From assembly GCF_009914755.1 (NCBI RefSeq), contig NC_060926.1: a stretch of 64,000 nucleotides of DNA; one strand, written 5' to 3'. Below, piece after piece: positions 1 through 12,840 of the stretch. The translations under genes were made by a program, and so were the position numbers. The notes below the pieces were generated by a model. It saw only the letters and a program-made list of their open reading frames with translations, made no database searches and was not told where the DNA came from. Each line of letters starts with the position of its first letter. The stretch's first letter is position 1. This stretch comes from the human T2T-CHM13v2.0 reference genome, Homo sapiens.

Positions 1-226
1 ATAGTGCCACCAGGGGATGGGGGAGCAGTGGTGTCAGGAATTTAAGACTGTCTTTCCTACCCTCTTCAGTGTCTCTTTCCTTAACATGATGTTAAAACCA
101 GGTACTGTGATCACTCACTTGCTTTTTGGTTCTTATGAAGGTGATTTCTTCTGTGGATAGTAGTTCAATTTGGTGTTCCTGTGAGGAGGACAGTCACTGA
201 AGGGTTCTGTTTGGCCATCTTGCTCC
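1..226 (-). mobile_element. L1 (older L1PB/L1MA-type) 5' UTR, true 5' end; element continues left of the window
   Basis: GGCCATCTTGCTCC at 213-226 is the reverse complement of the L1 start GGAGCAAGATGGCC (YY1 core); the adjacent sequence resembles recalled L1M/L1PB 5' UTR consensus. Confidence 0.75.
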
Positions 227-529
227 CTTGTTTTTTGTTTACATTGTCTATGTCACCTCACATAGTCCAGAATGTACTGAGTGAATTTAATAAATGTTTG
301 TTGCAGTAATGAATAAACGAGAAGTAAACTTTCTTTAAGTTTTGGAACCTAAAATAATAAGTTTTAGTTGGGAAAACTCCCTAATAACATCCTTGGGAGT
401 ACAAGTATGATTAACAAAGATTACTTATCTCAGAAAGGTAAATTTTATATGTGAAAACACTTTTATATGAAGTTTGAAAATATATTTGGAATAAATATAA
501 GGAATCAGTGAGAGAATAGTCAATGTGTA

Positions 530-720
530 GAGGCAAATCAGAAAAGTGAGATTCAAGACCTGCCTTCACACTCTTTTTAAGTTTGAGCATGTACTTAACC
601 TCTTTGACCTCCAAATCTCTCCTTTGGTCTTATATACAATCAGGTGTTTCTAATTATAATAGATGATGATGTGTGAGAGAATATATTGTTAACTGCAAAT
701 CTTATAATAATAAAAGCTGT
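530..720 (+). mobile_element. MIR fragment
   Basis: Degenerate MIR core (gattcaagacctgcc...tacttaacctctttgacctc). Confidence 0.45.
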
Positions 721-1623
721 AATAATACATTTACAAACTAGCATAATTTCATTGAGCAACAGAAATTGTGAAGACAGCATTTATTTTCTTTAAAACAATG
801 ATGTATTTCATAATTCACATATTTTGCTTTTCAAATAATTGTTTATTAAAATTTGTATTTGTATTGATTGAGCACTTATGAATTAGATAAGTAATGCCAT
901 ATTATTTTATATCATCTGTTATCTGTGTCCAGTGGATTTATACAATCTCACATTTTTTATCTGGTCATGTACAAGGGTGTGAATTCACCCGAAACACTCA
1001 GAGTGATTCTGCTATCTGTATACAATCCTATAGCATTTGCTTTGATATTAAAGAATGCCATCAAACAGAAAATGATGTGGTCATTAAATGTAGGGTAAAA
1101 CCAAAGTTTATGATATGAATTCTAAAAACATCATATGACTTCAAGTGAACTTTGAGACTTGTCTCAATTTGAAAATTGCTGTCTACTTCATTTTACTGAA
1201 GAAAAGGATAAGAGCAAATAGATTATAAGTCACTGCAGACAAAACAATTTATTTTCCAGACTAAAGAGAATTATGAAAAACCAGACATTTAAATTGGTAG
1301 AAAAAAGAGTACCTGTTGATAGTCTCAGATTGCTGGGAACAACAGGCGTTTCACATTGGCTTAACAGGCGCAATTATTTTCTTCCATTTGGTATAAGTCT
1401 CTGTCTCCATTTTTTTTCTGGTTCATATCTCTGAGACTACTCATTTGTGAATATGCTTGAAAATGTGTTTCCATGGTGATTTCATGCGCCTATTTTCTTC
1501 TCTTGGGCTCTGTATTCTTAGGGTAAATCTCAGCGCCTCATAGAGTGCTTTATCTGCACGCCTCCTCATCCCTTTCTCATCCAAAACCTCGTGCCTTACA
1601 TGACACATTCTACCATTCCTTTG

Positions 1624-1937
1624 TTTTTTTATTTTATTTATTTTATTTATCTTTGAGATGGAGTCTCGCTCTGTCCCCCAGGCTGGAGTGCAGTGGAGTG
1701 ATCTCTGCTCACAGCGAGCTCCGCCTACCGTGTTCAAGCCATTCTCCTGCCTCAGCCTCCCAGCAGCTGGGACTACAAGCGCCCGCCACCACGCGCGTGC
1801 GGCTAATTTTCGTATTTTTAGTACAAACGGGATTTCACCGTGTTAGCTAGGATGGTCTCAATCTTCTGACCTCGTGATCCACCCACCTCAGCCTTCCAAA
1901 GTGCTGGGATTACAGGCGTGAGCCACCGCGCCCGGCC
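1624..1937 (-). mobile_element. AluY, full length
   Basis: Two-arm Alu in reverse with Y-type diagnostics (gccattctcc, accgtgttag..ggatggtctc, gacctcgtgatcc); TSD taccattcctttg at 1611-1623 and 1940-1952. Confidence 0.95.
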
Positions 1938-2179
1938 TGTACCATTCCTTTGCAAAGGGAAGCATGTTCTCCTTAGTTCTGCAGAAATTCAAAACAGAAA
2001 AATGTGAAGAATTGAAAAGCTATGATGATGGCAGTGTAGCAATCTTCTCTGTAGTGGACTCTTTAAGTATTCTGGCCATGCCCAGGACTAAGATGATGAG
2101 GTGGTATAAAAACTAATTCTTTGGTTTGGAGAATTACTACCTGCTTCCCTACCCTAATCTACTTGAAGTGAACTTGGGT

Positions 2180-2330
2180 AACAATAATCACAACCAAAAA
2201 TTGAGCACTTTATATGTTTTAGGCACTATACTAGGTGCCTTACGTGGATTTAATCATCAAAACAACTCTGTAAGTTAGTTACTACCGTCATACTGGAGAA
2301 AAGGAAAGGGAATTTGGGAAGGGAAGCTTA
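2180..2330 (-). mobile_element. MIR fragment
   Basis: ttgagcactt..aggcactatactaggtgc..caaaacaactctgtaag matches the MIR reverse strand. Confidence 0.55.
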
Positions 2331-2994
2331 TTCAGCTTTAATTATTATAGACAATGAGGTGAAGTTAATTACATGAACACTACATAGATGATATCTATTG
2401 CACCCATTCACTTTTTGTGTACTAGGAATCATAGAAATAATTAAATGTTTTAGAAGATTTACTTTCCAAATCTAACATTGATTCTAACTGCCAAGAATTT
2501 AATGTGAGAGCTTTACTGCCTTTAAACTTATTTATATAAATGCACACATACATACAGAGAGAGAGAGGAAGAGAGAGTAATGTTGAGTACATAGTTAACG
2601 TGCTGTCAAGAAGCCCAGGGCTGACTTGGTGTAGGTCTGTTTTCTTGCATGAAGTTCTTGGTTTGATCCTATAATTTCTGCATGTCATTATTATTCCTTA
2701 AAAACCCGTCTAGGTTTGTAAGTTTCTTTAGGGCTACAGTGTGTCTTGGTGTCACTTGTATCTCAAAAACCTATTTCACTGTGGTGTACAAAATAAATAA
2801 ACTCAAAACCACTAAGAATCAGAGTCTTAATTGTAATTCCTGTAGAACAACAATGGCCTTGTTTTGAGGAAGAGGAAAAGGGAGCCATGGAGCTTTTCTT
2901 TCTTCAAGAATAAGAAGAAAACCTCATAGTTGCTTTCATGTTCTCCTGAAGAAAACACAAAGCCTTGATGACTGATTTTATTTTAAATTAATGA

Positions 2995-3313
<319 letters not shown>

Positions 3314-3327
3314 TCAAGTTGACTTTT

Positions 3328-4290
3328 TTGTGTATTAATTTAAGGCATACAAGTGTAATTTTGTTACATGGATATATTATGTAGCGGTGAAGTTTAGGTT
3401 TTTAGTATAGCCATCACCCAAATTTTGTATGTTGTACTCAGTAAGTAATTTCTCGTCATCCACCTCCGCCCCCCAACCTTCCATCATGCTAAGTATCTGA
3501 TGCCTATTATTCAACAATCTATTTGCACTGATTTTTATAGAGACAGGGTCTCACTATGTTGCCCAAGCTGGTCTTGAATTCCTGGGCTGAAGCGATCCTT
3601 CTACTTCAGCTTTCCAAAGTATTGGGATTATAGGTGTGAGCCACTGTGCCACTGTGCCTAGCCTCTCTATTTAGCTCCCACTTATAAAGGAGAACGTGCA
3701 GCATTTGTCTTTCTGTTTCTGAATTGTTTGATTTAAGATAATGGTCTCCATTCCCACTCAAGTAGCTGCAAAAACTCTATATCTTTGCTATTGTGAATAG
3801 CCCTGTGATAAACATATGAGTGCAGGTATCTTTTTAGTATAATGATTTCCTCTGGGAAGATAACCAGTAATGGTATTTCTGGATCAAATGGTAGTTCTCT
3901 TTTAGTTGTTTGAGAACTCTCCATACTGTTTTCCATAGAGGTTGGAAAGATTCACCAAAATTATACATTCATACCAAGAGTGTGTAAGTGTTCCCTTCTC
4001 TCCACATCCTCATCACCTATTATTATTATTTTGTTAAGAATAGCTATTCTGACTGGTATAATACGACATCTGATTGTGGATGTAATTTGCATTTCTCTGA
4101 TAATTAGTGAGGTTGAGCATTTATTTTCATATGCTTTTTGGCCATTGTAAGTCTCTCTTTTTTTTTTTTTTCCAAAAAATGCCTATTCTTGTCCTTTGCC
4201 CAATTTTAATGGGGTTTTAATTATTTTTACTTTTATGGTCAGTGCTTTGAGTTCCTTGTAAAATCTGGATATTAGGTCCCTGTTAAAAGC
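3328..4290 (-). mobile_element. L1 (L1PB/L1MA-type) 3' UTR and ORF2 3' end
   Basis: Typical antisense L1 3' end (tacaagtgtaattttgttacatgg; tttagctcccacttataa; ttgctattgtgaatag); ORF 3733-3936 gives ORF2p C-terminal-like ELPFDPEIPLL. Confidence 0.88.
3532..3663 (-). mobile_element. Alu left monomer (FLAM/AluJ) nested in L1
   Basis: agagacagggtctcactatgttgcccaagctgg...gtgagccactgtgcc; single arm with an 8-nt tandem duplication ccactgtg. Confidence 0.85.
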
Positions 4291-4871
4291 ATACCAAAAC
4301 CTCTGGGATACAGCAAAAGTAGTTCTAAATGGGAAGTTTATAGCACTAAATGCAATATAAAAGATCCTTGGAGACCATTATGAACACACATAAGCTCACA
4401 AATTGGAAAACCTAGAGAAAATGGATAAATCCTTAGAAATATACAACTTCCCCAGATTGAACCAGGAAGAAATAGAAATTCTGAACAGACCAACAATGTG
4501 TAGCTAGATTGAATCAATAATTAAAAAAAAAGTCCTGACAACAAAAAATCCCAGGACCAGATCGTTTGAGATCTGAATTCCATCAAACTTACAAAGAAGA
4601 TCTACTACCAGTCCTCCTGAATCTCTTCCAAAAATCGAGAAGGAGAGAATTCTCCCTCTTTCTGCGTGGCCAGTGTTACTCTGATACCAAAACCAAACAA
4701 GGATACAACAACAACAAAAAAATTACTGATTAATATTCCTGATACATATAGACAAAACAATTCTCAGGAAAATACTGATAAACTGAATCCAACAACACAT
4801 CAAGAAGATAATACATCATGATCAAGTAAGTTTTATACCAGGGATGCAAGGATGGTTCAACATATGCAAAT
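4291..4871 (+). mobile_element. L1 ORF2 segment, inverted 5' part of the preceding L1
   Basis: Sense ORF2 sequence (ctctgggatacagcaaaag, gaaaatggataaat, aaccaggaagaaatagaa, gggatgcaaggatggttcaacat) directly abutting the antisense piece. Confidence 0.88.
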
Positions 4872-4899
4872 TGACCTTTAATGTCACCTAGAAACTCTA

Positions 4900-6380
4900 C
4901 CAGATCTTCTAGCTTATTCGATCTGTCATTCTTTTGATGTAAATGACTAAAACTTTCTTCTTTCTCCTCGAACCTCCTACACTTTTTCTTCCCTCCTCAA
5001 TCTCAGCAGATCATTTCTTCCCTAATTCATCAAGAATACAGAAGCACTGAAGAGAAAATGCACACAAGCTTCCACCACTGTCTATGCACAGACCTGTATG
5101 ACTGATTTCTTATATTCTGTCTTCCTTGCTGTTTCTGAGCCATGCTTTTTTCCTATCTGATGCACCCCTTTTTACATAGAATCTATAATACCTCCTCTAG
5201 CTTACTCAAGGAAATTTCTCTATCAGTAATGTTTTCTTCTGTCCTCTTCCTCCTCCTCCTCCTCCTTCTCCTTCTCCCCTTCCTTTTTCTCCTTGTTCTC
5301 TTTCCTGGATTACTCCCATTATTATAAACATGGCTGCAGTTTCTCCCAACGGAAGAACAAAACAGCAGCCACAACGAACCAAGAAAACCTTCTCTCTCTA
5401 TTCTTTTTCAGTGATACCTTTGACCTATTTCTTTGCCCTCCTTTGTAGCAAAATCCATTGAGATAATTGCCTCCATAAATGACCTCTGCATTGAGAAATT
5501 TTGTAGTTAATTATCCTTGCCTTACTTGACCTATCATCAGCATTTAGCACATTTGACCACTAACTTATCCTTTCTGGTGTTGCTTTTCCAGTTATTTCAC
5601 TAGCTACTTATAGTAGGTATTTTACTAGCTTCTCCTGCTCAATCTCTTTTTCTTCTCAAAAAGGATTCAAGGCTCAGTGCTTAATTTTCTTCTCTTTACT
5701 TCTGCACTTGTTTTCTCAGTGATTTACTTCATCTCATGTCTTTAAATGCCCTGCATATGCTAATTGTCCATACATTTGATCTCCAGAACTGGCCCCTCCA
5801 CTGAACTCAAGACAGTCCAACTGCCTGTACAACAGTGCTGTCTGTATCATAGGCATCTCCAGATCAGCTTGTTCAAAATACCTCATTTTATCTCTAAAGT
5901 GTTACACTTCTATTGCTTTCCTAGTGTTAAGAAATGAAAATACACTGCTTCCAGTTGCTTAAGCCAAATATCTTTTGTTGACCTTAACTTCATTCTTTAC
6001 ACCAGGCCTCAATACATCAGCTCACCTAGTAGGCCCTTGTTTTAAAATATTATATACCCAAAACCTGCCAATATGCCTTCCACCTCTGCCATGTCTGCTC
6101 TGATCAAGGCCACTCTTTGCTCTTGCTTATTTTATTACAGCAGCCACATGCTCTCCTGTATCTAGAAACCCCCAATTCTCTATTATCAACAGGGAAGCCA
6201 GGGTAGTTCTCCTTAAATTTACATCAGGATGTGTCAACCTTCTGCTCAAAACTCTATAATATCTTTTCTTGCCACTTAAAGCTGAAAATATTTTAACAGT
6301 TTTGAAAATTTCTCTATTCCAAATCCAATGCACCCCCCACCCATCCACCACCTTACCTCTGTAGCCTCACTCACGTTCCT
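4900..6380 (+). mobile_element. L2 fragment(s), ORF2/RT to 3' region
   Basis: L2 hallmarks: aatgacctctgcattg, cttacttgacctatcatcagcattt, ccactgaactcaagac, tcaggatgtgtcaaccttctgctcaaaactct. Confidence 0.7.
5236..5305 (+). repeat. (CCT)n / pyrimidine-rich low complexity
   Basis: cttcctcctcctcctcctccttctccttctccccttcc seen directly. Confidence 0.9.
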
Positions 6381-6539
6381 TTCTGAAAAAGGTGCACCGA
6401 GGAGTTCACGTTATAGTCATGAGGATGGTCTCCAATTATCAGTCAGTTATCCTGATACAAAATTATGTGCAAATTTGGAACAGGGAACACTCATTGTGAA
6501 ATGTCTTCATATGTCTTATAGTATACAAGTTTTTAAAAA

Positions 6540-7420
6540 TTGCATTTAGTTTCAGTCCAGCTTAGCCCTCACCTGGTAATCTTCAGAAACCTCTTTGGGG
6601 AACATTATCTTACTGGCTCTTCGAGCTCTCTTTCCATTAGCATATGTGATTTGGAAACAAATATGGCACTGGTGTTTAGGGCTTCAGGCTCAATATGCTT
6701 AGAGTGTGAGGGAAGCCCTGGTGTATGGGTTCAGGTAGCTGTATCTTCAATCTGCTCTCTTCACAGGAGGTCAATCTGCTTCATTCTTTTTGGGTTTCAA
6801 ATTCTCAGGTTATAAATATTGTCCCAGTTTCTGACACCTACGCAATTTAAGGTCTGTTCTTCATTATTTGGCTGGTGTTTATTTTTCCTGTGTAAATGTT
6901 GAAAGCTCCCCAAGCCATGACAAAATGTTGTTCTTTCTCTTCTGGAGATACTCTTAGGAAGACTTTTTACTTACAAATTTACTGGGGATTGTGGCTTTTG
7001 TACACAATACCTGGCAGTTAATTTTACCCCATATTTTAGCAGTTCCTATTGTTCTCCCACTCAATAGCTCACACTCCTCAATACTAGGAAGCTGTATTTA
7101 TCTACCAGCCCCATTTCCAGGAGCCATTAGTACAATCTATGTGGCAGAAGCAAAGATACCTAGAGCACCAATAACTTACATTCTAAACAAAGGCACTCTC
7201 AGAACAAAGTCATATCCATTGTCAACAAAGTCCTTGTGGTCACCCCAACAGGCGATGAGTTCTACAAATAATTGGACATTCATAACATATCATAATACTT
7301 TTTCAGGCATTTATGCCTCTTTAATTAGGTTACTATATGTGTATTTCCAGACTTCTTTTTGCTCAATACTTATGACTATTTGCCTTTAAACTTCGAAGAT
7401 TATACCGCATCCAGGTACCT
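6540..7420 (-). mobile_element. Probable ancient CR1/L3 LINE ORF2 endonuclease remnant
   Basis: Hand translation of the minus strand gives, in order and across frameshifts, DNGYDF, GIVYKSHNPQ, FVMAWGAFNIY, PNNEEQ, resembling CR1 APE motifs DGYxLF, GVxYRPPNQ, VxMGDFNYP, TNxEEL. Confidence 0.5.
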
Positions 7421-8489
7421 TTAGCTCTTTGCTGTTGCTTATCTCTGATAATGAAGGCTCATTTCTACTGGATAAAATGATGAAATTAGTTAGAAAAGTG
7501 CATATATTAGATTACGTCTATGCAGAAAGAAATGACAATTATTCCAAAAAGTAGTCATCACACTGTCTTGGTCTTTATATTTTCTGTACATGAAAAATTG
7601 TTCAAGTGAAACATAAACTCCAAGATTTTATCTGGTTCCCTAAAATTGGCTTATCAAAGAGTATTATGAAATGTTCCAGATAATAAACATAAGCATAAGC
7701 AGTTTCAACAATTTACTTTTCTAGGGAGAAAGGGACTGAGAAGCTTTGGTTAAGGATTTATGTAGACTTTTTTCACAGAAAATCTAGGTATGTAATTTTT
7801 GAATATCATATATTAATCCAAATAAAATTAAACACTTACAAATTCATCTAAACATCAGAACTCAACCACAGTTGTCTTCCACTTATATCGCCAGATGTTA
7901 TCCTTTCTGACAATCTTTCATTTATTTCATTCGTATTAAGTAACTTAAGAAGATCAGATCTAAGCTGTCTTCATAACACTTCATCACTCTAAAGCAAATA
8001 GACTACAATGATAGTACCAACTTCTAAGTGTGGCCCAAAGCAAATTGTTTTGTGGACAGAGTGAATTGCTGGACGTGTTACTCCATGCTCAGAAGGTCAT
8101 TGCAAGCTCCTCACTACGATTCTTTCCTGATGCGTTAATAAGAGACAGATACCTCAAACATGCCTGAACTATCCCCAGACAGGATTAAATAAAGGCTTTC
8201 TTTTAAAAAATAAATGCCAGGCTTCATTCCAGATGGCTTATTAGACAAAGAAGATTCTCTGGATGCTATTCTCTTCACAGTAAAGGTCACTCACAAGACA
8301 CAATCCCTGCTAGGGACCATGAATGAAAGCAGATAGATTTACTATAATTAAGGTCCTAGGATCAGAGTCCCACCTGGATTCCAGGTCATTGATATTGCAG
8401 TGTAGAATGCCTCAGAAATAATTAGAGCCACGAAATGGAAAAAAAAAATTCTGCATTGATTATCTATTTTTAGTGTCTTTAAAAAAATG

Positions 8490-8612
8490 CGGTCTTCTCT
8501 TAAATAGTAGATATCTAGTCCCAACACCTAGAGATTCTGATTCTGTGGATTTACAGTAGGCTCTGTATCCCCAGTGATCTGCGTTTTTAACAAGGAGTCA
8601 AAGTAATCATCT
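8490..8612. mobile_element. MER5-type hAT-Charlie fragment
   Basis: cacctagagattctgattctgtggattt...atctgcgtttttaacaag matches the MER5A core. Confidence 0.65.
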
Positions 8613-8699
8613 GAAAATGACTGAACAGACATGTTATTTATGGTTTGTTTTGGTTTTGTTGCTGTTGTTCTTAGGATTTCTATTGTTCTTTTGATCTAG

Positions 8700-10300
8700 T
8701 GTAAATTTTCTTCAATAAAAGAGTGTATGGTTGAAGTCTTGCTTGTAAGCTTTATATTGCTATGGGTTAGAAATTGACCATAAATATTGTGAAATATTCA
8801 ATTTTATCTTGTATGTAGTGCCCCATTGAATGTCCTTCCATAGATATCTGTGTGCATTTATCTGATTGTTTGCATATTAACAGAAAAGTTAATCTAATAT
8901 ACGAGCATGGTGCTGGTATCCTTTCTTGCTTTAGGTATTACCATTTAAAAAATTAGCAGAATAGAAAGGAAGCAAATTCTACCCCAATATCATCATTATT
9001 CATGCTTCCTTCAATAGTAAGTTCAAACATTTAAAATGCTTTTTAAATAATAGTTTTTTCTTCTATGTTTTGCCTGTTCTTATATTTTGCCCATTTTTCT
9101 ATTGGTTTATGTTTTTTTCTTATTATAAGAACACGTTAATTGTCTGCAACTTTATTCTGGTCTATTTGCATGCTAATTTTGTTTATAATGCTTATAATAC
9201 GCAAATGTTTTAATTTTAATTTTTATTTTACTTTAAGTTCCAGAATGTGCAGGTTTGTTACATAGGTATACATGTGCCATGGTGGTTTGCTGCACCTATC
9301 AATCCGTCATCTAGGTTTTAAGCCCCACATGCATTAGGTATTTGTCCTAATGCTGTACCTCCCCTTGGCCCCCACCCCTCCAACAGACCCCAGAGTGTGT
9401 TGTTCCCTTCCCTGTGTCCATGTGTTCTCATTGTTCAAATCCCAATTATGAGTGAGAACATGCAGTGTTTGGTTTTCCTGTGTTAGTTTGCCGAGTATGA
9501 TGGCCTCCAGCTTCATCCATGTCCCTGCAAATAACATGATCTCATTCTTTTTTATGGCTGCATAGTATTCCATGGTGTATATGTACCACATTTTCATTAT
9601 CCAGTCTATCATTGATGGGCATTTGGGTTGGTTCCATGTCTTTGCTATTGTAAATAATGCTGCAATAAACATATCAATCTTTTTTTCCACAAATCAACTC
9701 ATGATTAGAAAACGGCTGTACATTTAAGAATTAATTAAATGTGAATGTACATCTTCTTTGAACATTCTTTCTGGTTTCATTTTTGCATTATATTTTATGT
9801 GTTACTATTTTCTAAATACTTACATCTGTTTAATTCTCCTTAATCTATCTTTTGGTCAGTATTAACCTTTGGATTCTTTGCTCTTGGTCAATTGTGTATC
9901 ATTAAAACAAGTGCGGTCAGATATGGGACTAACACTCCATATTTCTCCAATAAAAATTACTGTTTGTTACACAATACAGAAAAGCATTCTGCTCCACAGG
10001 TAAATTCAAAATTTTACTTTTTGGAATATAGAAATTTACTAACAACTTTACAACAGTATTTTTTCCAGTATCTCCACATCATATTAAAAAAAACCAGGAG
10101 TTCAACCTCAGCAGACAACCTCAAATACAGAAATTGCATACATTTTATGTGGACCATACTATCATGAATTTATTATGCACATTTTACTATTTCTGCTGCA
10201 TATGCTACATAGTAGGTTCCTGTATTTTTTCTTAATTTTATAACATAGTTACTCAACCTATCGTAAATTTCCATTTTCAGTGTGAATGCCAATATATATA
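8700..10300 (-). mobile_element. Very old L1 (L1ME-type) fragments flanking the L1PA insertion
   Basis: Degenerate antisense ORF2 phrases (tgcctgttcttatattttgcccatttttctattgg). Confidence 0.45.
9208..9673 (-). mobile_element. 5'-truncated L1PA (about L1PA7-8) 3' end
   Basis: Close to L1PA 3' UTR; ORF 9334-9690 translates the ORF2p C-terminus (MFIAALFTIAKTWNQPKCPS...YTMEYYAAIKKNE). Confidence 0.93.
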
Positions 10301-10552
10301 AACATTTAAGACCAAATCAAATTGGTTGCTGTGTCTCCTTTTTATTTTATACAAATCAGGTTGATACACATCATACGTTTATAATCATATCATCATAATC
10401 ATATTTTGAGTTATCTTCATTCCATAGAACCATGTTCTTGTTTTTTTCTATATTTTTCATGTGGCTGAGGAGGGATCTTAAAGCAGTTGAACACCTTAGA
10501 ATATGTACGTGTCTGTACCTGTTTCCTTATCTATAGCATGGACAGTAGTATG

Positions 10553-10872
10553 TAGTGATTTTCAAGCAATCTCCCTACTTCACTTCCTGGGCTAGTGTGC
10601 CCTGAAGTGTGATCCAGAAACTGCGAACATAAAACTATTGAGATATTTCTTTAAAAGGTATATTTCTGGTCCTGTCTCAGAACTATGGAATTCAAAATTC
10701 AGAATTCTGAATTTTAGGCAAGCTAAGTAAATTCAGAATTCTGAATGTTAGGCATTCTAAACATGCCAGAATGTCGGTGTGGTCGGGTGGTGAGTGAGTC
10801 GTGCTGCTTAACTGAAAAAGCTGCCTGGGTGATTTGATGAAGTCTCACTGCCACCACCAAGAACCAATGAAC
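10553..10872. mobile_element. MER5-like DNA transposon fossil with internal duplication
   Basis: Ends agtgattttcaag / aagaaccaatg; internal tttctggtcctgtctcagaactatggaa and aagctgcctgggtgatttgatg. Confidence 0.4.
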
Positions 10873-11543
10873 TACAAGAAACAGTTTAATATATACGCCT
10901 TTTAAAAACATGACTGTCTTTCTTACATTTGAAGTTTTGTCTCATGTAGATTGGTGTTTATTTAAGTTTATTTTAATGTATTATTATCCTTTTGTTTCTT
11001 ATATGTACATGGTTGTGTTTTTTCCTAGCATTATATTAATGTAATCATACTGGCTTTTTGCAGTAATAGAGTTCAAAATTTCTTAGAGCAGTTTAACGAT
11101 TATTCTGGGAGCTAATCAAGAATATTAAAGCGACAACAAGTTTAACAAGAATATACAGCATGTTATGCTCTCAGTGTTTTAATTAGTATGCTTTCTATTG
11201 TCTGAGGGATGTGCATTGAATTAACTCTATGAACACACAATTCTACGTCTTCAAGTGCATGAGGACAGAGAGCTGAAAAAGAGTAATAAACTGATTTTTC
11301 ACTTATTTTCAACCATACATTCACTGTTATAGCAGTAGGCTCTGAACTAGATTTTCACAAAGCATTCATTTACCAATACTTCCAGACTAATATCATTATT
11401 TACATCACTGCCAATTATCCTTAACTTATGGTTTATAACATTCAACTCTCTACCATGGCATAAAAGACTCTTCTTACTCTGATTTGTACCTTTTCTAGTC
11501 TTACTTCTTCATATTCTCTTCTTGTATTTCAAGTTTCCATACA

Positions 11544-11779
11544 CGTCTTAGTCCATTTTATGTTGCTATGAAGAAATATCCAAGACTGAGTAATTTACTT
11601 AAAACAGGTTTGTTAAGCTCACGGTTCTGCAGGCTGTACAAGAAGCATGGTGCCAGCTTCTGCATCTGGTGAGGGCCTCAGGCTCCTTCCAGTCATGGCA
11701 GAAGGTAAAGGGGGGCTGGTCTGTGCAGAGATTACATGGTGAGAGAGAACTGAGAGAGAGGAGAAATGAGCCAGGCTCC
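11544..11779 (-). mobile_element. MSTB-type MaLR LTR, partial
   Basis: gtcttagtccatttt..gctcacggttctgcaggctgtacaagaagcatggtgccagc..ggtgagggcctcagg. Confidence 0.85.
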
Positions 11780-12079
11780 ACTGACAATAAAAAAGCAGCC
11801 TCTTATGACCTCAAGAGCTGAAAAACGACTTTCAGACACGTAGTGCTAAGAGGCACAATTTGGAATTTGAGGGAGGTCATAATAGAGGGGCCAGGGTAAA
11901 TTCTCCAGGTAATCGGCTAAAGTTCTAGAAGGCCTATATGCTAGGGTTAAGGCTATAGTATAGGAGTAAGAGCTTTGCATTAAAAAGTCTAGTCGTAGCA
12001 AAGCCTAAAACTCCCTCTCAACTGGATCAATGGGCTATGTATGTTATTCTCCTACAAAAGAAAGAAAAAACAATTATAT

Positions 12080-12840
12080 TCAAATGGAAAAATGTATATA
12101 AAAATGTTCTTTATTAATCATCAGAGGCAAATAACATAAAACCATGAGATATTAACATACTCATCAGATAAAACTGAAAATGAAAACAAAATAATAAGCA
12201 AACCCAGATAAAAATAAAGAGACAGGAAACCCGAGAATATCAGGTGTTGGTGAGGCTCTGGAGCATTACACATTGGCATAATACGTTGGTACAACCACTT
12301 CAAAAAACGTTTTGTTGGTATTTATTAAGCTGAACATACGTGTTCTCCATAATCTAATAATTCAACTAGGCATATCCTTAATGGCAATGCCTCTATATGT
12401 GCAAAAAAGCAATGTAAAAGACTATCTGCAGCAGCTTTATTGATAATAGATCAAAAGGAACATGACCAAACTGTCTTTTACCATCAGAATGTGCAAATGA
12501 ATTATGGCATGTATTTTTGTAATAAAAAATAACAAATTGCTATGCATCAACATACATGAATTTGACAGTAATGAGTTTGAAGGAGAAAGCCTAGACTTAA
12601 ATGAATATATGGAATATATTTTACTCTTATGAAGTTGAAAAACAAGTGAAATTAGTCAGTGGTGATGCAATTCAGAATAGTACTCACTTTGGGAGAGGAG
12701 TACTGGGTAGCAGGAAAGATGCTTCTGGATTGTGTGATAGTCTATATCTTGGTCTGAGTGGCTGTTAGACAGGCATATACATTTGTAACATATCACCAAG
12801 TTGCATACTTAAGTTTGTTTAGACTTTATTGCACGTGTGC
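12080..12840 (+). mobile_element. Old L1M (L1MD/ME-type) ORF2 end and 3' UTR
   Basis: aaaaccatgagatat, atatcaggtgttggtgagg, ggtacaaccacttcaaaaaac, gatagtctatatcttggtctgagtgg. Confidence 0.7.

Noticed and set aside
5142-5374. Poly-Leu and poly-Arg ORFs
   Set aside because: Artefacts of the (CCT)n tract
6991-7389. 132-aa + strand ORF
   Set aside because: GTG start and no known motif; it lies antisense to the probable CR1 endonuclease remnant, which explains the region better
10688-10746. GAA/TTC alternation as a heat-shock or STAT element
   Set aside because: Spacing is mostly 0-1 nt, not nGAAnnTTCn or TTCnnnGAA
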